The position numbers were made by a program, and so were the translations under genes. DNA of 64,000 bases. It comes from the human T2T-CHM13v2.0 reference genome, Homo sapiens. Below, one piece after another: positions 41,254 to 64,000 of the stretch. The notes under the pieces are model-generated. The model saw only the letters and a program-made list of their open reading frames with translations, made no database searches and was not told the DNA's origin. The DNA lies in NCBI RefSeq assembly GCF_009914755.1, contig NC_060943.1; one strand, 5' to 3'. Within the stretch, counting starts at the first letter, position 1. The number at the start of each line of letters is the position of its first letter.

Positions 41254-42405
41254 GTGAGTAGAGTGTTTCCTACTATTCACCCACCCTGGTTATCTCCCAG
41301 ATGGTTTTGGCAGGTGACAAAACCTCTTTTCCTGTCTTTCTCTTATGTCTGAAGGGTGAGTGGTTTCACCAGTTAGTTTCAGTATTACAAGTTGGCTGCT
41401 GGGTTACATAGACTGGTCCCCGTTTTTGAGAATTGATCTGATAAGATATGTTTGGGCCTCTTGGGCACAGGATTCAGAATGTTTCAATGTTTGGAGGAGA
41501 GACTGAGCTAGGTTTTTAGGGAACTGCAAATGTCTGTTACATCTGGTAGGAATACGGAGCAGAATGGGAGGTGGCTAGAGGCACACAAACATCAGGCCTG
41601 GAATGACAGCCTAGGTCCTGGGTCTGTAATCTAAGGGAAGTGGGAGACGGGGAAGATTTGAAGCAAAATAGGTAGTGATAGGACCCCAGTTTAAGAGACT
41701 TTCTTTGGCTTCTGAGTGGAGGACAGACTGTGGAGGTGAGGGTAATGGAAGGGAGATCTGAGAGGATGTTCCTGCAGCAGTCTAGGTGGATGTTGGTGGT
41801 GGCTTGTCAAGAGTGGTCATAGCTTCAGTTTTAACTAGAGCTGCCCACATTTTATGATACAGAGAGTGAGGCAGCTGGGGAGGTGGGATAGAAGGGGAAT
41901 CAGGAGTGGCCCCATGGTTTTTGTTTGGAAGCATAGATGCTCCATCAGCTAAGATGGGAGAAGTCAGCAGTATTAGGAATTTTCAGAGTGAGTGTGAGGA
42001 GTCAGTGTTTGTTCAAGCCACAGATGTCTCAGAGACTCCTGATGGAGGAGTTCAGGTTGGAGATGTCCACACTATGGTGGCTGTCGTATGGACCAGGATG
42101 AAGCCATGGATTCAGTTTAGGTGACAGCATCTCTAGGTTATGGTGGCAGTGCTGTTCGAAGACAGAGAATTGGAATGGGGCATGAGAACTGGGTCTCTTA
42201 CTGGGTAGCTGTGCAGTGGTGGAGGAGTCACTAGACAAATGAGGGAATGGAGTGTTTGTGGGGATGAGTGTATGTGAGATGGTGGGGTATAGGAGTGAGA
42301 AAGACTTCTGAAGGAGAGTGGACATGATGGGGTTGCTGAGGGGGGATAATAGGGTGAGGTCGGAGAGTTGCTAACTATCAGTTGGGAGGAGGTGAGGATG
42401 GGAGT

Positions 42406-42788
42406 TGTATTAATCCGTTTCCATACTGCTGTAAAGAACTACCTGAGACTGGGTAATTTATGAAGAAAAGAGGTTTAACCAACTCACAGTTCTTCAGGCT
42501 TAACAGGAAGCATAACTGGGAGGCCTCAGGAAACACAATCCTGGCGGAAGGTGAAGGGGAAGCGAGGCACATCTTCCCATGATGGAGCAGGAGAGAGGGA
42601 GAGAATGAAGGGGGAAGAGCCAAACACTTTTAAACAACCAGATCTCGTGAGAACTTACTATTATGAGAAAGGCAAGGGGAAAATATGCCCTCATGATCCA
42701 GTCACATCCCACCAGGTCCCTCCCCTGACACGTGGGGATTACAATTTGACATGAGATTTGGGTGGGGACACAGAGCCAAACCATATCA
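42406..42788 (-). mobile_element. MST (MaLR) solo LTR with 5-bp TSD GGAGT
   Basis: ggagt|tgtattaatcc...ccatatca|ggagt. Confidence 0.85.
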
Positions 42789-44026
42789 GGAGTGGAAATA
42801 TGGAGGTCAGTGCAGCTGGGCTTGGAATGAGGTTTTGGTGGAGAGCAATTTTCCTGACTGTTTATGGGACAGAGTGTACCATGAGGCAGGACACAGCTGA
42901 GAGTATGGGAAGTCCTCACATGGTTTGGGCAGCTGACAGTGAAGTGAGAAACAGGGCCGTGTAGGGAACCTTCAACCCAGGGCTTAGGGCTGCCCCCGGT
43001 GCTAGGGGACTTTGGTGTTCTGGGGCAGGACTGGGAATGAATTGGATGCTGAGCGTATTTGCCGTGCACCACCTGGTTTCCGTGTGCAGAGTGGCCTGTT
43101 AGGAGGTGAAGGAAATGCCTGTGGTGTGGGCTGGGAGTTGTCTGTGGAATTGACTGGAGTGGAGGTGTGAGAGATGGGATTGGAGTGCTGTCCAAAGAGT
43201 GATGTGCAGGCAGGAGGAGTGTGAATGGAGGGCCTCAGGCCCTGGCCCTGGTAGCTCAAGGGAGGAGGATGAGTCTGAGTTTGGTTGTCTTGGGAGGCAA
43301 GATCTGGGTGACTCCATGGCAACTGGCTGGCAGGAGAGGATGGATCCCCCCACGGGAGGCCCACATTCCTTTTCTACCTTATCTTCCATCTGTTTCCTCT
43401 GTGTGCTGGACACGGTGGCCAATGTCAATATGGAGAGAAAAGTCACTCATGCCACCTGGATGTGGTTTCTCTTCCACATTGGGAGGGTGTGGAAGAGATT
43501 GAGCAAGGAATGGAGGCGTAGGGGACAGCGATGAGATCCTGGAGAGAGAAATGTAGCAGTCATTTTACCTATTGGGTTTTAATTTATGGATGTGAGTGAT
43601 TGATGCTGGGGACAGGCCAATGACTGAAAGAAGATATTTATTCCTTGCATTTCCCCAAGGGGGGTACATACCACATAACACAGGGCCACATGGTGAGGCA
43701 CCAGATTTGGTCAGGAGGAAAATTGGAGTGAGGGGAAAGTTTAGTTTAGTCCACGGACGCTATTGGGGTTTCCAAGGGAAAGCAATGCAGGGCTGGGCGT
43801 CAGGATAGTTTGGCTAGTTTAAATAATTCCAGGACACCTGGGCTATTGGGACTGTCCCTAGTTTTGCAGTACCTGGCCCTGGGTTGATTTAGAGTACGGG
43901 AAATATTGGCTTGGTTTGAGAATATGGGCCCAGGGTGGTAGGGGAGATGGAAACACATTTGGCTGTTAGTTTGGCCCTGTGTTTAATGGGTGGTAAATAT
44001 AAGTAGAAAATAGAGAACTTAAGTAA

Positions 44027-44287
<261 letters not shown>

Positions 44288-45459
44288 TGAGACCGTGGGT
44301 GCTGCTTCTTTTCCCTGTTTCTTGGCATATATGCTGTGGGAGGCAGGGCTGGGCCGTGTGTTTTATACCCCCTTTTTCCTAGCATCCCCATCCCTGCTGC
44401 TCTGAGGCTTACAAGAAAGGGCTCAAGAGCCAGAAATGTTGAATTTGGCATAGAGACCCCACCAGCCTTGTCTGTCCCTGGTCAGGTTACTCTGTCCAAA
44501 CACATGAGACCTGTGTTCTGTTGTCCCCTTTCTCTCACTGATATTTCTTGGTGCCTTCCTGTGCTTGGAATTTCAGGCACTGCCCTGGTCACTGATTTTG
44601 GGGACTGCTGAGTTGACTATGCAGGACGCAGGACTCTTCTGTGAAGTTCTTACGATTATAGAATGTGGGATGCCATGGGCTTGATCTCTCTGGGCATGTG
44701 CTCTTTACTCTTTTTCTCTTTCTTTCCCCTAGAGAGGGCCCCAGGCACCTGAGAGGGTGGATATTACTTCAACAATGGCATTAGAGGCTCAGGGACATGG
44801 CCCTGGTGCCTGGGAATTGGGAAAAGGGTTGATGTCACAGCTGGGGTCAAATCACCCTGGGAACCTGTCCTGTGTTCACCATTGTTTGTTGCCAGGGCCA
44901 CTGGCCACAGATTTCTACCTTTTCTTCCCCATTATCATTTCTAGTATGACTCCTGGCCCCTGCACCTCCAATGCCCCACAGTCTGTACTTCTGGGGCCAC
45001 CACCCTTCAACCATTCTTTTCCACTGCTCCCTTTGAATGCCTGCCAACACGTGGCCTGTATTTAACATGGTGTGAGGTCTGCATGTATCCCTGAACACAA
45101 GCTCCTCTGTCACAGTCTGATCTCTCTGGGTTTGGAGAGAACCTTCTACACACTGCTTGCCAGTCTCCAGCAACCATGGCCTGTTGATGGCTGTTTTCAG
45201 AGGAGTGAGTTGGAGACCCTGCCTTCTCTCTCTGTACCATACCCCTCCCTTGTATGCTTACCATCATCAGGGCTCTCCCATTATGGGGCCTTGCCAGGCC
45301 CAGCCCTGCATAGTGGACCCTCCTCTCACTGGCCTTAATGTCCATGATGTCCCCAATCCCATGGCCTTATTTGTGTGTGTGCCTGACACACATTTGTGAT
45401 GGAGCTGCTTCCTCCCACCAGAGTCAACATGCACTTCTCCAGCATTTCTGTTCTGACAG

Positions 45460-46907
45460 GTTCTTGGCATGGAGCTGAGGATGAGGAGGCACCTTCACAG
45501 CAAGGTTTTTCTGTAGGAGTGTCAGAGGTTACAGCTTCAAAGCCCTGTCTGTCCAGCCAGAAGGTCCACCCTAGTGAGACATGTGGCCCACCCTTGAAAG
45601 ACATTCTGTGCCTGGTTGAGCACAATGGAATTCATCCTGAGCAACACATATATATTTGTGAGGCAGAGCTTTTTCAGCACCCAAAGCAGCAAATTGGAGA
45701 AAATCTTTCCAGAGGGGATGATTGGATACCTTCATTTGGGAAGAACCACAGAGTTCACATGGCAGAGGAGATCTTCACATGCATGGAGGGCTGGAAGGAC
45801 TTACCAGCCACCTCATGCCTTCTCCAGCACCAGGGCCCTCAAAGCGAGTGGAAGCCATACAGGGACACAGAGGACAGAGAAGCCTTTCAGACTGGACAAA
45901 ATGATTACAAATGTAGTGAATGTGGGAAAACCTTCACCTGCAGCTATTCATTTGTTGAGCACCAGAAAATCCACACAGGAGAAAGGTCTTATGAATGTAA
46001 CAAATGTGGGAAATTCTTTAAGTACAGTGCCAATTTCATGAAACATCAGACAGTTCACACTAGTGAAAGGACTTATGAGTGCAGAGAATGTGGAAAATCC
46101 TTTATGTACAACTACCGACTCATGAGACATAAGCGAGTTCACACTGGAGAAAGGCCTTATGAGTGCAACACATGTGGGAAATTCTTTCGGTACAGCTCCA
46201 CATTTGTTAGACATCAGAGAGTTCACACCGGAGAAAGGCCGTATGAGTGCAGGGAATGTGGGAAATTCTTTATGGACAGCTCCACACTCATTAAACATCA
46301 GAGAGTTCACACCGGAGAAAGACCTTATAAGTGCAATGATTGTGGGAAATTTTTTAGGTATATCTCCACACTCATTAGACATCAGAGAATTCACACTGGA
46401 GAAAGGCCTTATGAGTGCAGTGTATGTGGGGAATTGTTTAGGTACAACTCCAGCCTTGTTAAACATTGGAGAAATCACACTGGAGAAAGGCCTTATAAAT
46501 GCAGTGAATGTGGGAAATCATTTAGGTACCACTGCAGGCTCATTAGACACCAGAGAGTCCACACGGGAGAAAGGCCTTATGAGTGCAGCGAATGCGGGAA
46601 ATTCTTTCGTTACAACTCCAACCTCATTAAACATTGGAGAAATCACACTGGAGAAAGGCCTTACGAGTGCAGAGAGTGTGGGAAAGCCTTTAGCCACAAG
46701 CATATACTTGTTGAGCACCAGAAAATCCACAGTGGAGAAAGACCTTATGAGTGCAGCGAATGCCAGAAGGCCTTTATTAGAAAGTCTCACCTGGTTCATC
46801 ACCAGAAAATCCACAGTGAAGAGAGGCTTGTGTGCTCCATGAATGTGGGGAATTCTTTAGCTAAAACTCCAACCTCATTAAACATCAGAGATTTCACAAT
46901 GGAGAAA

Positions 46908-46919
<12 letters not shown>
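45460..46919 (+). CDS. ZNF548: ZNF548 terminal exon with 11 C2H2 fingers
   Basis: ctgacAG acceptor. 15+36+127+1460=1638 nt, i.e. 545 aa plus stop. Confidence 0.95.
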
Positions 46920-49310
<2,391 letters not shown>

Positions 49311-50200
49311 AGGTGTGTGTGTGTGAGACTCAGTGTTGAGGACAAGGCTAGTGGGCTTTCACACTCCAGACTGCTGTATTCCAGCCCAAATTACTCAAAT
49401 TAGCCAATCCATGGGGAACATGGAAAACGTAGCTAATGCAATCCGCTTGCCTTACCTAAGTTGTCCCCTGCAGCCTCAGGTTGCTGTTACTCTGTTTCAG
49501 ATGCAACCCTCTGTGGGACCCTACCCAAGTTCTCTCATTCTTAGCTATAGGTAATAAATTGTTCTGATTTTGTGTATCCAAGTGACATTGGGTTGTTTCT
49601 TGCTATCAGAAGAACCCAGAAAAGTATTATGAATCTAGTGAATGTTGGAAAATCTTTAGCCATTAGCATAACCTCATTTCGTGCCAGCATGTTCACCCTA
49701 GAGAAAAGTAGAAGTGAAGGCAATGTCATCTTTCCTTGTTAACATGATAACTCAGTAGAGCAATGCTTTGGAGATTAGCTTTTTAGGGAGAGAGCCAGCA
49801 GTTGAGCCTCCTGCATCTGAACATCCACACTAGGGATATTGTCTGTACTGCCAGATATATGGGAAGATTTTGTGAACTGTGTTGCAGTTTTCAACTTGAC
49901 TGGGGCCTTTCCCAGAGTTATGCCCCTGCCAGTGCCTATTTAAAAATGTCATCTCTTTTCTACCAACTGGCAAAGAGCCATGGTGTGTAGCATTTTAGTC
50001 ACATTAAAATGCAGTTATGGCAGCATGCTGTGTTCTCTATCTGAAGAATTCACTAGTCACTTGAACACTTTGGAGTCCTCACCCCCCTCCTATGATTGAT
50101 TAGGGCATAGACATCAGCCTTGGACAGAAGACATGGACTGGCTTTGGCAGGCAGATTGCAGAAATTTCCTTTCTCCAGGGGAAAGTATTGGTTATCTCAT

Positions 50201-51153
50201 TGATAGTGGTAGGAGGCAGATACATTGCTAGGCAGACTAAGGACGGGTCCCTGGTGAAACCCAAACTTCAAGCCAACGACAGTTTAAAGCCTGAAAATTG
50301 AGCTGCCAGTTCCAAGTAGAGTCCATGACTGGAGTGAGAACTTCCTCAATGCCTTTTAGCCAATCAAATGGTGCTTTTTCCAGGCCCACCCATGGACCAA
50401 TCAGTATGCAGTCTCCATTCTGAGCCCATAAAAACCCTGGGCCCAGCTACACATTGGGCTACCCACTTTCAGGTCCCCTCTTGTTGAGAGCTTTTCTGCC
50501 ACTCAATAAAGTTCCCTGCCTTGCTCACTCTCTGGTGTCCACATAACATCATTCTTCTTGGTCATGGGACAAGAACTCGGAAACTGCCAAATGGCGGGTG
50601 TGAAAGGAGCTGTAACACTGTAGCCCTCCTGCCTTCCACCAGCCCCAGGCAGCCACCCCATGTGACAGGAAGCAGCGGCAGCAGGGCCAGGCCAGCCCAT
50701 GAGCCATGGGCTGGAGCAGGGTGGCAGGACCAAACAAGCTGTGACACACCCCCATTCACTGAAGTGTGTGGATGGTGGGAACAGACAAGCTGTAACACAA
50801 ATGAGCTGTAATGCTTCCTTGGGGCTCAGACCTTGGGATTCCCTGAGCAAAAGCTGTAACACCCCTTGGGGCTCTGTGGTTGCTGGCGTCTCTGAGTTTT
50901 TGGGCGCTGCCATGTCCCCCTTGTCCAGATACCAGCTTCCAAGGCAGAAGCCGGTCGCAGCACGCCTGGACCAGCTGTAGGCCAAGCACAGAGCCATGGT
51001 GGGCACAGGATCCGGCTGGTAACATGAGCCAAGCACAGCCTGTCGGACTGAGTTAGTTGAGTGAGTCCAGCAGGCCAAGTGATGTCTGGGCAGAAGTGCT
51101 TCAGCCATGGAGGTTTCTGCCTGGTGAAGTGGCACTGAAAGTATCTTGTGTCA
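50201..51153 (+). mobile_element. ERV1 solo LTR (MER52/LTR1-group-like) with 4-bp TSD TCAT
   Basis: tcat|TGATAG...GTGTCA|tcat. Internal CCAAT boxes, a CATAAAA box and AATAAA. Confidence 0.85.
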
Positions 51154-51749
51154 TCATGACACTTGGGATGGAATTTTCCAACCTGCCAGTCACCCACACT
51201 GTGAACTCCTTCTCACCCCTAATGCACACACATACCCTGGTTGGTTTTGTGATAATAAAGGTCACATTGTTTAAGCTACCTTAACTCTTGGAAATCTAGT
51301 CACCGTATGCAGTGGGTTTTGAACAGAATTGGTCTCTGCTAGAATAAAAGCATGAATGGTTTTTTGTGGGACCTTTACTTTGTGAGCTCCAGAGGGACTA
51401 GTAGGAAGCAAAAGATCAGCTCGTATGCAGATTTGGGCCAATTTGCATTGCCATGAGAAGCCTCCTGGGAAAGTCTGAAGGACTTCTGCACAAAATTTCA
51501 AGCCCTGAGTACAAAGATTATTTGTATTCAGAAAAGTACAATTTGAGGAGAAAACAGTTGCCTTGATGTTTAAGGCATTGGGCAACAGTATGCATTGGGT
51601 ATCCCTACCCATATTTCCCATATTTCCCCTGCATTGATGAGGGATAGCTGTTTCTTGTGACCTGCTGGAAGCTATGGGTCCTGAAGTAAAACACTATCTA
51701 GGTATATGTTCCTGGCTGTTGACCTTTAGGGCTAGATGGAAGCCATATT

Positions 51750-56326
<4,577 letters not shown>

Positions 56327-57949
56327 GTTTGTTTAGTTTCTGTTGGTAAATATCTAGAAATAGAATTGTAGGATGGTAGGGATGTATTGTTGGTAAATGA
56401 TTAACATGTTTTTAATTTTCAGTTTTTTCAGAGACGGGGATCTCACTATATTGCCCAAACTGGTTTTGAACTTATGAACTCAAGTAATCCTCCCGTCTTA
56501 ACTTCCATGTAGCTGGCACTACTGAACAGCTTTAACTCTTCCAGACCTTCAGTTGGGTGGTTTTTTCTTTTCCTTTCGTTTCCTTCTTTCTCTCTCCTTC
56601 CTTCCTTCTTTTTGTAATTTGATAAACCAAATTTCAAGACTTTGGCCAAAAAACAGTCTTCTCCTTTACTGAATATCTCAGTGCTCCATTTTATTTTTCC
56701 CTCACCAATTCTGCAGGAGAGATCACAAGACTATGTCCATATCTTTATTTGTGGGGGTATGATTTTCAGCTAACATAGCTGCTAAGTGATTTAATTTACA
56801 ATTATAGTGGTAGAAAAATAGCTCTAACTTCTGAGGTTTTGTAATTTATTGTAAAAAGCGGAATACAGGACATTTAAAGTGACCTGACAAGGTCAATACA
56901 GGACTGAGGACTAATTCATTAAATACGTCTTACGTGTCTTAGAGGACCACAGACAGCTAGCAACCCTACTCCTAATGTGTCCCATGCACTTAGTATTGTA
57001 CCTGGCATCGAATGAGTGTTCATCAAATATGTTAGAGTAATAAATACGACAGCACAGTTTCCCTATTCAGCTTTACTTTTCTGGTAACTCTTTTAATATA
57101 TAGTCTTTACCTCTCCCTTCAAGCTGTTAATGCACAATGTTTTCAAGTTTGAAAAAGAATCAGATTTTGGACACCAAACTTGAGTGTGTCCAAGGTTCCA
57201 GGACAACCTTAGCTTTTTTCCTCCTATCACAAATATGTTTCTCTATAACTATTTTTGCCACTTTCTTTGGATATCTACATAATCGTCATTAATAGTTTCA
57301 GTAATAGCCATTTCACAAGAGTTATTCAGAGACAATTTCAACTCCCTGTGCAGACACTGTTGATACAATTTCAGGCGAAATGATAAATCACTTTCCACTA
57401 ATGAGATGAGATCATGCATTCCCAAACCTTTATCTCAGGAGTAAGATGCTTTCTTTGCACAAGGGCTTTGACTGGTGGAAGGCCACACTATTCTGGCAGA
57501 TAATGGTAGATAAGTCGCTTTTCCTTTTCAGTTAGGTTTCAGTCTCTTAAAATAAGTGGAAAATATCTCAGATATAAAGTAATAAGTATCATGTGAATAA
57601 AGTGTTGCTGGGTAGGCTGAAAGACAATAACTGATTATTCAGAAAGGAAAGATATTACTCCTCAAACTCCCCATCATGCCATGTCTGGGTCTTTTCAATG
57701 TGCCCAGCAGAGCACATTGAAGATCATAAAACAGTCTCCAGAGCTTCGTTCTGTGTGTATTTGGCAAGCACAAAAGAGCTGACCGCTATGCGTGGAAGAC
57801 CAGTTCTTTATGGTTGGCCATGTTCCTTCGGATGTTCGTCTTTTGGGAACTTGCTGTGCTTTACAGAATCTGAAAGGACAGGTCTCTGAAACATTTCTCT
57901 GACTTGTTCTAGACTGCCTTCCGGGAAAATCTGGATGCTTGCCGTTTAA

Positions 57950-58720
57950 AAGCCAATGAAGCCCCTCCACGTCCTTGGAGCCCCGCAACTGCATTTCTCA
58001 AAGCCTCAGGAGGATCCTCCTGGCTTTCATCCTGAACGCGAGTTAACTTAAGTTCAGAAGCGGGGCAGGCAGTGGCCTGGGAACTACATTACCCAAAAGA
58101 CACAGCGGCGGACACAAGCAGCGAGTGTAGCCAATGAAGGCCTAGCAGAGCGGCGTCTACGGGGGTTCGCAATGCGTGTGGGCGGGACTTCCTGCAACGC
58201 CTCCTGGGGTTGTCAATATGGCTGCGTTGGGATCTGTTCACCTTCAGGCTGAGTCGAGACTGAGGTGAAAAAGCGGAAAAACGCGAGAAAAGGTTTCCCC
58301 GTTGTACAGAGGCTAGAGTGAGGCTCGGTTGAATCGGTTGCAGGCGTTGGTGCCTCTGTCAGCGTCCAGGTCACTGCCGCTCCCGCCCCGCTCTTCCCTG
58401 GCTGTGCTGGCGGAGGCTGCGCCGATGAACCTGACTGAGGTGGGTGCCGCGTCCCAGGGCGCCCCGCCCGATCCCTCCTCCGAGTGCCGAAGCCCCGAGG
58501 AGGGGCCCTGCAGGTCAGGCCCCTGTGTCCCAAAGAGAGGAGCGTTCTTGTGTGGGGTACCGGTGTCCGCGGTGCTGTGAGGCGGGGGAGCTCCTGTCAG
58601 GGACCTGCACGTGCGAGGCTTAGAGGTGCTGCAGAGCGGGCGGCACTGGGGAGCCCGAGCGTCTTTGTCTCCACGGAGCTGAGGGTGAGGCGGAGTCTCG
58701 CCTGGGAGGGCAGCGGAGCT
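57950..58720 (+). promoter_or_regulatory. ZNF17: CpG-island promoter and exon 1 of ZNF17
   Basis: ZNF143/SBS-like GGAACTACATTACCCA ~58080, CCAAT 58131, GGGCGGGACTTCC ~58180, YY1-like AATATGGCTGC ~58215. Confidence 0.8.
58425..58439 (+). CDS. ZNF17: ZNF17 coding start MNLTE (KRAB and finger exons lie beyond the window)
   Basis: ATGAACCTGACTGAG|GTGGGT, identical to ZNF548. The name rests on recalled cluster order and N-terminus. Confidence 0.75.
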
Positions 58721-59469
58721 GCTGAAAGCCGTAGAAGGCTGTGCAGGAAGGGTTATGCCCAGAGGTAGACGTTTAAAGTTGGGAAAAACAGGATGTTAAA
58801 CCAGGACAAGGGGACCGCTGAGGAGACCCCTTGAGTTATGGTAGGGATGGGCCAGAGGGGTTGCAGTAGAGGGGAAGTGTGATGAGATTCTGGATGGATC
58901 TCAGAGATAGAGTCGACAGGATTTCCTGCTGCATCAAATGTAGCAGTGAGGGTAGTGAAGGGTCTATTCCATGGATTTTGTTTTGGCCTGAAAATCTGAA
59001 AGAATGGAGTTGGAGAAGTCAGCTTAGGGAGCAGGTTTCAGAGAGGATTATGAGTTGCATTTTGGAGGGCTGAGTTTTGGAGGGCAGATCATGGGTGGGT
59101 CCATAAGCCTGACGCTACCTTTAGAAAGGCGCAGACCTGTCATAGGAGGGATTCTGGCTCATATCTGCAAAAACGGAGTTCTGAATGGGTTAAGGAACTG
59201 GCCTAGGCTGGAGACTGAGGTGTGAGGTGGTTTAGATTTCTGCACCTGCAGACCCAGCAGCCCCCCAGGCCCACTCTGTGGAACAATAGGAAGGTCATCC
59301 AGACTAGTGGGGACATTGGGTCCAGACGGGGGTAGGGCTTTCTCACATCTAGTCAAGGGCCTCCAGCAAGCTTCCAGCAACTGAATTTGTAGCAGGCAGG
59401 CCTGGTTGCTGATGGGACCAGTAACTGACCTGCTTGCTTATCCCCTCCCTGCAACTTATTTATTTATGA

Positions 59470-63840
<4,371 letters not shown>

Positions 63841-64000
63841 ATGTGCCAGGTTTTGATGGCGCTTTTCAGTCTCTTTCCCCCACCCATCTTTGTTCTATAC
63901 TGGAGTCAGTGATCAGTGGCAATGAGGGGAGAGCAGGTACAGGTGCCATGAAGACCTAGTGTCTCTTCCTCCTTCAGAAGTGGGTGGAGGCTAGCAGGGT

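Overview
Mammalian (primate, Alu-rich) genomic DNA. From the protein sequences I recognise it as the human 19q13.43 KRAB zinc-finger cluster. Four paralogous + strand KRAB-C2H2 genes lie head-to-tail: the 3' part of ZNF304 (KRAB-A exon 755-881, finger exon 3060-4879), complete ZNF547 (402 aa), complete ZNF548 (545 aa) and the 5' end of ZNF17. Intron 1 of ZNF547 holds an intact, intronless retrocopy of Sedlin (TRAPPC2B, CDS 11867-12289). The rest is Alu, L1, MaLR/ERV LTR and MER DNA-transposon sequence. There is no rRNA, tRNA or CRISPR array. The most notable structure is the ZNF547/TRAPPC2B arrangement: an Alu and the retrocopy share one 15-bp target-site duplication, the retrocopy has its own splice acceptor and poly(A) signals, and the host exon 1 lacks the ATG that its two paralogs keep. 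Other points: patchy near-identity between ZNF547 and ZNF548 suggesting gene conversion, a KRAB-B-derived cassette exon in ZNF304 with compensating frameshifts, and fossil fingers in the 3' UTRs. Gene names and repeat subfamilies come from recognition, not a database search. Repeat boundaries are approximate.
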